Positions 9,422-17,704 of a stretch of 58,987 nucleotides of DNA are shown here, in pieces; within the stretch, counting starts at the first letter, position 1, and every line of letters begins with the position of its first letter. A model generated the notes under the pieces. The model made no database searches and was not told the DNA's origin. It saw only the letters and a list, made by a program, of their open reading frames with translations. Location: IMG/VR virus record IMGVR_UViG_3300013126_000003, positions 1 through 58,987 of that record; one strand, written 5' to 3'. The DNA is from a virus. Its lineage: Duplodnaviria; Caudoviricetes. Both the position numbers and the translations under genes were made by a program.

Positions 9422-10922
9422 GTTGTGTTCTTTTTTTGAAGTGATTTAATGTATAGTCTTTCTTCTTGGTCACCGCTTTATAAATGTCGTACTCGATACC
9501 ACCCTTGGCGAATATCCAATACACGTCACTTGTAAGTCTGTCGTTGGTGGTCATGCGGTCTCTTGCCTGCCAATAACTTGTAGCACTAAAGTCAATGTTG
9601 TAGAACACCAAGCTATCCGCATTGCTTAAGCTGATGCCTTCTCTACCCGATACAATCTGAAGAGCAATGCTCTTATGTTGCGAGTTGTTAAACTCGTCAA
9701 GGTCTGTGGTGAGCATATCACCGAACACTGACTTGAGTGCATTGAGTTCCTCCTTGAACTTGTAGAATATCCCCACCTTCTGCCCTATGAAATTGTCATA
9801 GATGAACTGAGCCTTTGAGTTATCAAGCACCATGGAGTCACCGCTCTCAAACTTGATAGTCCCTGAGTAAAGCTGATGCAGTTTCATCATGAGCTTCACC
9901 GATGTGTCGGCAAGGATTGTATTCACCACACCTTCCACAACCAAGTCCTTCTCAAGACGCTTGATTAGTTTGTAGGTAGACTCCTTCATATCCACCTCAA
10001 TCACATGCTCCTTGGTCTCTACCTTAAAGCCCGCCTCCTTCTGTGAGTAGCTAATGGTGTATGGCTTCATAGCCTCAACAATACTATCGCGTCCTCGGCT
10101 GTAGTCATTGATGAACATGCCGTTAACTTTTTTCTGCTTCACGTCCACATAGTCAGCGCAGAATTTGTAGAAATTTGCGTAATGACTAAATGGATTATTT
10201 GGTATACCATATACTTGGTGGTATATCTGAGAGTAAGACTCGGGCGATGGTGTTCCCGAAAGTAGTATCACCTTACATGCAGCCTTCTTGATAATGTCCT
10301 TCACCTGTTTAGCTCTATTGCTAGGCTTGGGGAATGCACCCATGCTGTGCGCCTCATCACAAATGATGAGCTCCCACTTCTTTTCAGGTAGCTTGTGCGC
10401 ACTCTCGTAGTTCATCACTGTTAAATCATACATTGGAGCTAGCTTCTTGTAGTCCGCCTCAATACTACTCATCGCCTTCTTCTTTGTTAAAAACAAAACG
10501 TCACCGATACAAGTCTTTGATGCGATGCCAAGACTTGTAAGTGTCTTGCCGGTGCGCACCTCCATGGCTAAGTATAGGAATCCGTGGTCGGCCAATATCT
10601 TAGAGCCATCATGAATTATCTTAGCTTGATAGTCTCTGAACTGAACACCAACCATGGGTGATGGTAGCGTGAGTTTCTCCTCGACCACGTCCTTTGCAAT
10701 CTGTTCCTTGAGGTACAGGTCTTTGTAGTACTCAGCGCTTCTTATGATTCTATCTAGCACAACAGGATCGTTCTTAAACTTAGGAACATCTATCATGACA
10801 GGCTTCTTTTTAACTACCCTCTTCACTTTCTTAGTGGCGAGTAGCGTGGTCTTGAGTAGCTCCATCTTGTCCCACATACTTTTGTTGTTGCAGAATGGGT
10901 CTCTTGGTATAATGTCTTCCAT
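9414..10922 (-). CDS. SF2 (SNF2-like) DNA helicase
   Basis: Q-motif FRDYQ, Walker A MEVRTGKT, DEAH, LSGTP, GREGISL and QARDR. Confidence 0.9.
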   Translation of the reverse strand: MEDIIPRDPFCNNKSMWDKMELLKTTLLATKKVKRVVKKKPVMIDVPKFKNDPVVLDRIIRSAEYYKDLYLKEQIAKDVVEEKLTLPSPMVGVQFRDYQAKIIHDGSKILADHGFLYLAMEVRTGKTLTSLGIASKTCIGDVLFLTKKKAMSSIEADYKKLAPMYDLTVMNYESAHKLPEKKWELIICDEAHSMGAFPKPSNRAKQVKDIIKKAACKVILLSGTPSPESYSQIYHQVYGIPNNPFSHYANFYKFCADYVDVKQKKVNGMFINDYSRGRDSIVEAMKPYTISYSQKEAGFKVETKEHVIEVDMKESTYKLIKRLEKDLVVEGVVNTILADTSVKLMMKLHQLYSGTIKFESGDSMVLDNSKAQFIYDNFIGQKVGIFYKFKEELNALKSVFGDMLTTDLDEFNNSQHKSIALQIVSGREGISLSNADSLVFYNIDFSATSYWQARDRMTTNDRLTSDVYWIFAKGGIEYDIYKAVTKKKDYTLNHFKKRTQHG

Positions 10923-10929
10923 CGTTGAA

Positions 10930-13317
10930 TTACTTTTTAATAATTATCCATCTGCCGTGCGCATCGCGCCCTTCCTCGGCGGGCATGTCGCTAACGAATG
11001 AGGCGTAGGCGGTGAGCCACTTGTAGAACTTGGTTCTACTTATAGTCATCTTGGCCCTCGGTCCATAGTCAGGATACTCGTCAATGAAGGCGTCGAAAAT
11101 ACCCTGCTTGTACAGCTTAGTGTTAAGCATGATAGGCGATTCTTTAGTATCCGACCCTTGCACAAGTCCTAGCCACTCGATGAACTCATGGCATGTCTCT
11201 GCTGACAGCTGACGCACATTAAGGTTAACGAACTTACTCTTCACAAGTCCTGTCACTAGGTAATTTCTCAAGCAGTTAATCATGTAGTTATCAAACTCGC
11301 ACCAATCATCATCGTTCCAATCACCGAACATCAACTTGCCGAACTCGTCAAGCGGAGTGAATGACTTGGTGTAATACTGATGCAGCTCAAGCTCCCACTT
11401 ACGACGAGCGAATGAGTTGCCCGCTCCCTTGATAGCGTAGTTGGTGGTGATAGCAATCTTCGGTGACTTGCTAAATGGTATCTTGATAGCATCCTTGTTC
11501 TTCTTCTCAAGGGTTAACCCTTCGGTTACCACCGAGAACAATCGCTCGAACTCAAAGTGTTTCTTCACGTCATCAAAGCAAAGTATCTGCGTGTCCGCTG
11601 ATACAAGTTGATAGGCAAAGCTCCGCTCAAAGGTGAACGACTTACCATCTATCACCACAAGTTTCTTCATCTGACTCAGAGCGTTCATGATAAGACCCTT
11701 ACCTGTGCCACCCTCGGGATTGTCGCTGATGACCTCGTCATTGAGTATCACCGCAGGACAGAACGATAGGTTCTTATGGCCATGCATTAAGAAGCCAATG
11801 GTACTCTCCATTGAGCGCATGCGGTTGTCGTCACCGGCATTGATGTTTGATATGAATTTCCTAAAGTCACATCGGTCCGTCACCATGCATTGATTGAATA
11901 CGCGGTCGATGACGTGGTCTTTCCACACGTATCCACCTAGGTCTAGGTAGTCGATCGACGTCACGCTATCCCTAGTAATCTTCACCGCGCAGTTGCGGTA
12001 GTATAAGTACACCGTGTCCTTAGTGTCTGCAATGAAGTAGATATCAATGGTCGACAGCATAGACAAGAACTCTTCCTTAAAGAACCGAGTGTTGTCAGCA
12101 AAGTAATTGTACACCGAGAAGTCATCTAGGTCAATCAAATGCTTTAACACGTAGTCCTTAATCTCTTTCTCAGAGGTGTGGTCGATGAGGTTGTTGGTTA
12201 CCTTAACAAAGACGTAGTTCTTGCTACCCTCGGGGCAGTACTTATAGAACCCGTTGTCCTCAAGGAACTGCTTGAACAAGATGTGCACCACCTTGATTTG
12301 CCCCTTGTCGTTCTTAGTCCAAAAGATTTGCTTCTCGTTCTCCTCTTCTACTTTATTAAGCACCGCTTCAATGACATCGTCACTCAGGTTGGACTCTTGT
12401 AGCTGATGACGGACCTCTTTTTTTGATACACCTCTGCGTAGCTTGGCCTTGATTTGATTCATCCGGTCATCGTCCTCGTAGTACTTGGTGCCGAAGTTGG
12501 CCACGTTCTTATACGCCGAGTCAATAGTCGTGGCTATCTCTCCAAGAGAGAAGTCATCTGTAGCGTATTGGTTTAAGATGTAGGCGGCCAAGCTCTTGTT
12601 GATACCAAAGTCGTTGAACGCCACGGCAAGGACGTAGCAATTCTGATTGCGCTGTCCCTCTGTCATGGGGTACTTCTTTGTCCACCACTTTACAAGTATC
12701 TCCACGATTTTATTCTCGTCCGTAATAGGGATGGTTGGTGCATCACGCACCTTACTCACCTCGGTGTACTCATGCTCCTCGATGTGTGTCCATACAGAAG
12801 AGTTCTCGTTGACGTAGATTAAGGGGTCGTAGGACTCATAACAAACGCGAGATAGGTTCTTACTCGTCTTATCGAAATAAGGTGAGTTAAAGTGCCTTTC
12901 TAGGCTATTGAAGTAGGCTGTGTGGTTCTGCGGGTCAGCAGGAATTTTTACTAATACCTTCAGGCCATTGCCCGATGGTGAAATGAATACGCTAAAAACA
13001 TATTTGCTCTTGGTTAAATTCTCCTTGTCTTGCAGGAGTTCTTTCTGCTTCTCGTAGCCATCGAAGTCCAAGCATATGAAACCACTGTGCTCTATGAGAG
13101 CTTGGTCTGCACGCTTAGAGAATGTACCACTGAAACAGATAGCGGGTAATTGTTTCTTAATCTCATTACGCATGGACTTGTCCTTCTCCATGCGTATCTT
13201 CTTCACGATGTCGCTACTCTTGCCATCCTTTACTCGCTCGAGTAATTTGATTACGTCCACAAAGAACGGTGTGTCTGTGTCGCGTATCGACTTGAATATG
13301 GTTGCTTGTCCTGTCAT
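10930..13317 (-). CDS. Primase-helicase (VirE N-terminal/BT4734-like primase, PriCT-like region, P-loop helicase)
   Basis: CFSGTF, CLDFD, ISPSGNGLK and SRVCYESYDP primase motifs; GQRNQ; Walker A GGTGKG; Walker B LCFDD. Confidence 0.88.
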   Translation of the reverse strand: MTGQATIFKSIRDTDTPFFVDVIKLLERVKDGKSSDIVKKIRMEKDKSMRNEIKKQLPAICFSGTFSKRADQALIEHSGFICLDFDGYEKQKELLQDKENLTKSKYVFSVFISPSGNGLKVLVKIPADPQNHTAYFNSLERHFNSPYFDKTSKNLSRVCYESYDPLIYVNENSSVWTHIEEHEYTEVSKVRDAPTIPITDENKIVEILVKWWTKKYPMTEGQRNQNCYVLAVAFNDFGINKSLAAYILNQYATDDFSLGEIATTIDSAYKNVANFGTKYYEDDDRMNQIKAKLRRGVSKKEVRHQLQESNLSDDVIEAVLNKVEEENEKQIFWTKNDKGQIKVVHILFKQFLEDNGFYKYCPEGSKNYVFVKVTNNLIDHTSEKEIKDYVLKHLIDLDDFSVYNYFADNTRFFKEEFLSMLSTIDIYFIADTKDTVYLYYRNCAVKITRDSVTSIDYLDLGGYVWKDHVIDRVFNQCMVTDRCDFRKFISNINAGDDNRMRSMESTIGFLMHGHKNLSFCPAVILNDEVISDNPEGGTGKGLIMNALSQMKKLVVIDGKSFTFERSFAYQLVSADTQILCFDDVKKHFEFERLFSVVTEGLTLEKKNKDAIKIPFSKSPKIAITTNYAIKGAGNSFARRKWELELHQYYTKSFTPLDEFGKLMFGDWNDDDWCEFDNYMINCLRNYLVTGLVKSKFVNLNVRQLSAETCHEFIEWLGLVQGSDTKESPIMLNTKLYKQGIFDAFIDEYPDYGPRAKMTISRTKFYKWLTAYASFVSDMPAEEGRDAHGRWIIIKK

Positions 13318-13320
13318 TTG

Positions 13321-13480
13321 AGTGTCGTCTCTGTGTTGTTCTTCTTTTCTGTAACCCTTATTATTTCTATACTATGTCAATAATGTCAATTATTATTCTC
13401 TAAAATAGAAATATAAAAAAGAGAGAGTAGTAAAATACATATAGTAGAGATATGGGTTTTGATTTCGGCATTTTCGACAT
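13321..13480. other. Origin-like AT-rich element, copy A
   Basis: ATGTCAA twice (13374, 13383), an A-rich core, then inverted CGGCAT/CGACAT (13466, 13475); homologous to 26875-27044; directly upstream of the primase gene. Confidence 0.55.
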
Positions 13481-13484
13481 GATG

Positions 13485-13511
13485 AAAAAGGGGAGTTGCC
13501 TCCCCTCTTTT
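13485..13511 (-). terminator. Intrinsic terminator after ssb (possibly bidirectional)
   Basis: Minus strand reads GGGGAG-GCAA-CTCCCC followed by TTTTT. Confidence 0.75.
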
Positions 13512-13529
13512 ACATGTGGGTCTACCTGT

Positions 13530-13808
13530 TTAGAACGGAAGGTCATCATCCGTATCTGCGCTTGGCTGTGATGCCTGACCTTGCTTACCCGAACTCTTTT
13601 CCTTTGGTTCAAAGGTGTCTAGCTCGACGTAGTAATTACCGGTGCGTGCCTGCTTCACTTGCAGGTTAACCCATCCGTTCTTCTCATGTTTACGCATGAA
13701 GGCGACAGCCTCATCCAACTTGAGTGATAGTGATCCGATTACGAAATCGGGTGCGGTCTCCTTTCTCTTGAAAACGAAACCTTCAGCAAAGATTTTTTCT
13801 TCTGCCAT
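13530..13808 (-). CDS. ssb: Single-stranded DNA-binding protein (short phage type)
   Basis: Short beta-rich body, flexible linker and acidic C-terminal tail DTDDDLPF; lies between the recombination and primase genes. Confidence 0.65.
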   Translation of the reverse strand: MAEEKIFAEGFVFKRKETAPDFVIGSLSLKLDEAVAFMRKHEKNGWVNLQVKQARTGNYYVELDTFEPKEKSSGKQGQASQPSADTDDDLPF

Positions 13809-13825
13809 TTTGATTTTTGTTAAAC

Positions 13826-13882
13826 GCCCTAATCTATTTGTAACTAAGCGCAGAATCTTTAGGGCTAAACGCTACGCTTAGT
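13826..13882 (-). promoter_or_regulatory. Predicted H-type RNA pseudoknot in the ssb 5' leader
   Basis: Stem 1 ACUAAGCGUAG/CUGCGCUUAGU (11 bp) is interleaved with stem 2 GCCCUAA/UUAGGGC (7 bp); it ends 17 nt before the AUG. Confidence 0.65.
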
Positions 13883-13905
13883 GTATGCCTTCACCGGCAC
13901 ATGTC

Positions 13906-14169
13906 TTACTGCCAACCAAGAGCCTCAACCACTTCTTTGTATGGCATAAGCAGGTTGAAAAACTCTCCGCTCTTTAGGTACACTACGCACAGATTATCAT
14001 CTATGATGTGCTCATCATCAGGCGCTTGCTGTCTAACCACTGCCACCTCGTTGAGGTCAATGATTGTCTCGGCAATTGCGATGTGTTCTACACCTGTAAC
14101 GTCAAGCATTTTTAGATTGACAATTTCAATCTTGGTCTTTAGGAATCTTCCCATGTTATTCAAATCCAA
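13906..14169 (-). CDS. Hypothetical protein
   Basis: 87 aa (start may be the ATG at 14154); operon-coupled. Confidence 0.7.
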   Translation of the reverse strand: MDLNNMGRFLKTKIEIVNLKMLDVTGVEHIAIAETIIDLNEVAVVRQQAPDDEHIIDDNLCVVYLKSGEFFNLLMPYKEVVEALGWQ

Positions 14170-14368
14170 TTTGAGATTCTAACAAAAGCAGTCTCTCGTT
14201 TAAGCACTGAATGTATGCGGCCATTATGACGTGTTGCATTTGAAGCAATGCCTGCTGTGCATTGTCTAGCTCAAAAAACTTATCTTCAAATAAGAAAGCA
14301 CCTAGCTTAACGTGCTTCTCCCGTAGTTCGTCGCGCTCGACAACAAGTCTCTCTATAAATGTACTCAT
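14156..14368 (-). CDS. crAss001_48-like helical hairpin protein
   Basis: FIERLVVERDELREKHVKLGAF...LLQMQ..IM..YIQCLNERL. Start moved to ATG 14368, which overlaps the upstream TGA. Confidence 0.65.
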   Translation of the reverse strand: MSTFIERLVVERDELREKHVKLGAFLFEDKFFELDNAQQALLQMQHVIMAAYIQCLNERLLLLESQIGFE

Positions 14369-14613
14369 TTGTTCAACCCCTTGGCAATGCCCTTTACTCC
14401 GCACATCTGTGCTGTCTCAAGCTCAGTCATGGCGATACTGAAGCAACGCTTGGCTTCGCCGTCCTCAGTGGATTGCAGCTCATTGTTGCAATAGTCAATG
14501 GCATCAGCCATCATGCGCTTGAATGTTCCAATCTTATCGTCAGCGGACGGATTGAAATTGATGTGACATCTCGACTCCCCGAGTGTCAACTCTTTCTTTG
14601 GTGTTAAAATCAT
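14365..14613 (-). CDS. Acb2/Tad1-like hairpin protein (candidate cyclic-nucleotide sponge)
   Basis: C-terminal KRCFSIAMTELETAQMCGVKGIA matches the Acb2-family helix pattern; N-terminal TLGE.R...FNPS. Confidence 0.6.
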   Translation of the reverse strand: MILTPKKELTLGESRCHINFNPSADDKIGTFKRMMADAIDYCNNELQSTEDGEAKRCFSIAMTELETAQMCGVKGIAKGLNK

Positions 14614-14867
14614 AACTTGTCTTTGTAGAGATTTGCATTGTAATAGTGCTCTTCAATCTTCTCGCTGTAGTAAGCGATTGATATAGCAACGAGCATCACG
14701 ATAGATGAGACCGAGCCTACTGATTGTATCTGCTCAGAATACACATTGAATATTGACCACCAAACAGCGCAGAACGCTGATAAGACACAGGCCAATACAG
14801 CTATAATAGCTGAGACGATTGTCAAGGTGTCGAACACCTGATAGAGAATTGTGTTTTTGTTTTTCAT
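14610..14867 (-). CDS. Small membrane protein (2 TM)
   Basis: Two hydrophobic stretches. Confidence 0.65.
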   Translation of the reverse strand: MKNKNTILYQVFDTLTIVSAIIAVLACVLSAFCAVWWSIFNVYSEQIQSVGSVSSIVMLVAISIAYYSEKIEEHYYNANLYKDKL

Positions 14868-14881
14868 AGATTTAAGTTTAG

Positions 14882-14984
14882 CAGTCAGGACAGGACTCGA
14901 ACCTGTACCTACGCAATCGGTTTGGTACTGCCACTTCCGTGGTGATCCCTTTTCGTTGTGCTACCCAATTACACGCACCTGACT
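14882..14984 (-). tRNA. tRNA-like RNA with a non-canonical, expanded anticodon arm (no anticodon assignable)
   Basis: Acceptor stem AGTCAGG/CCTGACT, D-loop-like TAATTGGGTA and a perfect T arm ACAGG-TTCGAGT-CCTGT. About 40 nt, including CCAC-GGAA-GTGG, replace the anticodon loop. No encoded CCA. Confidence 0.7.
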
Positions 14985-14987
14985 ATT

Positions 14988-15134
14988 TGTGGCTATCTCG
15001 TCAGCCACCAACGTCCCTGATTAAATTGATAGGTATATGTAGGAACATTGAGTCCTCGCGCTCTCCCATCACGCATTCAATCTGTGTCTAAGCCAACCGC
15101 GAGACAACGGTACAAGGCCAATTTTAGAGCGCGA
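14988..15134 (-). ncRNA. Candidate structured RNA directly upstream of the tRNA-like element
   Basis: Three consecutive stems: UCGCGCUCU/AGAGCGCGA, CAAUGUUCCU/AGGGACGUUG and GUGGCU/AGCCAC. Confidence 0.45.
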
Positions 15135-15135
15135 A

Positions 15136-15879
15136 TTAATACAGTAGTTCTGCAATGAAGTAGTCATCAATACTCTCGGTGGGGTTGGGCCCGAAGAACT
15201 TATTAAAAACCTCAATAGCCTTCTCGACCTTAGCCTCACCACTCTTAATGAAATCCTCAGTAGGACGGAACACACCGAGTTGATGTGTCGTCTTGTCAGC
15301 CACAAAGAATACGAGTGGCTTACCAAACAACTGCTGATAGATGTAACATTGAGAGTCGTAATTGTAACTCTTCGCTGAGTACTTAAACTTCTGAATATCT
15401 CCTGTGGTCTTGAGGTCGATTATCATTTCATCTGTAATGATATCCGCCTTCCCCTTCCACATCATGCCTTTAATTTCTCCAACGGCAGGTTCCTCATATA
15501 GGTTGCCGTCTTTGTATATCTCATCAAAGAAGTAGATGTTACTCTTGATGGTGCTAACAAGGGCGTCAATCGCATCCTTCTCTTCCTTTAACATGCAGAA
15601 TGGTATGCTGTTCTCACGAACAAAGTCCTTGTAGATGTTGGTATTACGACTGCTTGCCTCAACAAACTTAGTTAGTACCGCCTTCTCCGGTTCAATAAGT
15701 GATTGGTGAAAGTACCTACCCTCAGCAAAACTCTTATTGTTAGGTCGGCTTACGCCGAACAACTTTGGGTTGGACAGCAACGTGCCGATGTCTGAGTTGG
15801 ATAGGTATTGCTTACCCACCCCTCCGTAATACTCAGAGTCATCTCTGAGTGTGTCAATGACTGATTGGTTATTGTGCAT
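15136..15879 (-). CDS. RecE/exodeoxyribonuclease VIII-like PDDEXK exonuclease
   Basis: YLSNSDI, GRYFH, WKGKADII, IIDLKTT and YDSQCYIYQ motifs; adjacent to the annealing protein. Start moved to ATG 15879. Confidence 0.85.
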   Translation of the reverse strand: MHNNQSVIDTLRDDSEYYGGVGKQYLSNSDIGTLLSNPKLFGVSRPNNKSFAEGRYFHQSLIEPEKAVLTKFVEASSRNTNIYKDFVRENSIPFCMLKEEKDAIDALVSTIKSNIYFFDEIYKDGNLYEEPAVGEIKGMMWKGKADIITDEMIIDLKTTGDIQKFKYSAKSYNYDSQCYIYQQLFGKPLVFFVADKTTHQLGVFRPTEDFIKSGEAKVEKAIEVFNKFFGPNPTESIDDYFIAELLY

Positions 15880-16525
15880 TGCCTTCCTCCTTGAATAGGT
15901 TAGCAATCTCTTTCTTTACTGCCGCACTCATCTTGTACTTGCGGTTAAGACGAACGCCAATCTCCTCTAACCCCAAGTCTTTGTTGGCCTCGATGTATTT
16001 AATCACCTTGTCCCAAGTCTCAGAGCCTTTCTTTAGCTCGATCAATTGAGCAGTTCCCGCCGCCACCGCCGGAGCAGCCGCTGTTTTTGCGGGCGTCTCT
16101 GTCTCGGGCAAGTCTTCTCCTGCATAGATGTAGATGCCAAGTCCAAACATAGCTAGGTTCTTCACTAAGCAACGCATGATTGTCTTGTTGATATCAAACA
16201 TGGTAGCTGCATCAACACTCTTCTCACCGTACTTAGTCATGTACGTGTAAGGCTCGCTCTTCATTGCTCGGTTAGCGCCGTCCATTACAGGAAGCCACAT
16301 CTTCAATGTCTCTCCCTCAATGGTCACCTGAGTGTGACACATGTATCCGAGTGATGGGTCGTACTCAGTATTGAATACCTCATACGTGGCGTTTGGATAT
16401 GCCTTCTTCACCTCGCTCCAAGCCCAAGCCCAAGACAGGTAGGTCATCCCGCTATTAGCTTTCTTTTCAACGTGGTCGTTAACATTGATGGCCGATAGCC
16501 TTTCAAAAACACTTTGCTTTTCCAT
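15869..16525 (-). CDS. Sak3-like single-strand annealing protein (DUF1071)
   Basis: INVNDHVEKK, YLSWAWAW, MWLPVMD, DINKTIMRCLVKNLAMFGLGIYIYAGEDLP. Confidence 0.9.
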   Translation of the reverse strand: MEKQSVFERLSAINVNDHVEKKANSGMTYLSWAWAWSEVKKAYPNATYEVFNTEYDPSLGYMCHTQVTIEGETLKMWLPVMDGANRAMKSEPYTYMTKYGEKSVDAATMFDINKTIMRCLVKNLAMFGLGIYIYAGEDLPETETPAKTAAAPAVAAGTAQLIELKKGSETWDKVIKYIEANKDLGLEEIGVRLNRKYKMSAAVKKEIANLFKEEGNAQ

Positions 16526-16536
16526 TTGATTTGATT

Positions 16537-16845
16537 TTAAGATTTGATTTTTACTGAACTTGCAATGTTGCTAAGCACCTGAGCATAGTCTTTGTCTTTG
16601 TGCTTGTGTTCCTCCGCCCTGCGAACGCCGTTCATGATTGCGCTCTGCTGAATTGGTAGACCACGCTCCGACATGTAGTCTCTTAGAGCGTAGATAGGGA
16701 TTGGTCTTGTCACGCATAGATAGAACAACATCTGTCTTGCATCTACTACGGTTTGCTTCTTGGTTTGAACGAACAAGGACTCTTCCTCAACACCAAATGC
16801 TGAGGCCACCTTGGTAACGTACTGATTGAAAATATCTTTCTTCAT
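16537..16845 (-). CDS. Second DnaA C-terminal-like HTH protein
   Basis: VASAFGV...TKKQTVVDARQMLFYLC resembles the start of DnaA domain IV. Confidence 0.6.
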   Translation of the reverse strand: MKKDIFNQYVTKVASAFGVEEESLFVQTKKQTVVDARQMLFYLCVTRPIPIYALRDYMSERGLPIQQSAIMNGVRRAEEHKHKDKDYAQVLSNIASSVKIKS

Positions 16846-16864
16846 TAGATTGGATTTGATTCTA

Positions 16865-16872
16865 CAAATATA
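16865..16872 (-). promoter_or_regulatory. Bacteroidota -7 element (TATATTTG) for the recombination operon
   Basis: TAnnTTTG 19 nt upstream of ATG 16845, with a TTG about 21 nt further upstream. Confidence 0.7.
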
Positions 16873-16900
16873 GTTAGTTTCTTGTTAGTTTACACAATGA

Positions 16901-17335
16901 TTAGTAATCTTTTTTCCACAAATTTAACATCTCTTCTATGAACAAGTTGTAAACTTGAGAGACCACGGTGTCGAAGTCTCGGTTGGTCATCGTAATCCAC
17001 ACGCCGTCAAAGAATCCTTCAAAGTGGTAGGCCACTCCGGGCCTCTCTCCAAGCACTTGGATGTTGATGCCAAAGGCAAACGTCAGCATAGAGCTGCACT
17101 CTTTCTGCACATGTGTCTTGGGATATCGCTTCTCAAACTCTTGGCGAGGCACCTCTCTCATCGTGCTGATGAAGTCGTGTATCTCTATACGCTTCTTGAA
17201 CCACATCTTCTCAAGGTTTTTGATGTAGTACTTGTCGGGCCTGAGCCTTCCTTGCTCCTCCACTACAGAGTTGTGTATAGCTAAATCCTTTTTGCTTAAC
17301 GTGTCCTCACCTATTGGCTTGTATAGATTACTCAT
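16901..17335 (-). CDS. Hypothetical protein
   Basis: 144 aa, operon-coupled. Confidence 0.7.
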   Translation of the reverse strand: MSNLYKPIGEDTLSKKDLAIHNSVVEEQGRLRPDKYYIKNLEKMWFKKRIEIHDFISTMREVPRQEFEKRYPKTHVQKECSSMLTFAFGINIQVLGERPGVAYHFEGFFDGVWITMTNRDFDTVVSQVYNLFIEEMLNLWKKDY

Positions 17336-17556
17336 TTACTATCTCCGAATGTTTTGGTGTAAATTCTTTTTAAGTTTAAGTACGCACTACTCACGCTAAA
17401 CACATCAGCATAGTCTAAACATTTTTGTGGTACGGATAATTGGTTGAAAAGAACTCTCGACTCGGCGGTGTCCGTGTCAATGTTGTTAAAGATTAACTCG
17501 AAGAACTCCTCGAGTGTGGCCACGTCGTAGCCTGATAGGATTTGTTTGGTCACCAT
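17332..17556 (-). CDS. Hypothetical protein
   Basis: 74 aa with ATG start. Confidence 0.65.
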   Translation of the reverse strand: MVTKQILSGYDVATLEEFFELIFNNIDTDTAESRVLFNQLSVPQKCLDYADVFSVSSAYLNLKRIYTKTFGDSK

Positions 17557-17569
17557 TGCTTTGCTTTTG

Positions 17570-17679
17570 CTTCCAAATATCGGAAGTAAAGTTCAACATT
17601 AAATGAACCACCTTTGTCACCGCACTCGGTGAGGGTTTGGCCTCTCCAAAACCTGACGCATTGCATCAGGTTGGAGGGC
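17570..17679 (-). ncRNA. Candidate structured intergenic RNA (four tandem hairpins)
   Basis: Inverted repeats at 17640-17679, 17617-17632, 17591-17608 and 17570-17586. Confidence 0.45.
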
Positions 17680-17704
17680 TCTTGAAGATTTCTAATGGGT
17701 GTAA

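Noticed and set aside
14997-15004. CUGACGAG as a hammerhead ribozyme core
   Set aside because: It is not followed by stem II and GAAA, and it sits in a simple hairpin.
15056-15134. UCGCGC...GCGCGA stem as a SAM-II riboswitch
   Set aside because: The conserved loop and 3' pseudoknot sequences are missing.
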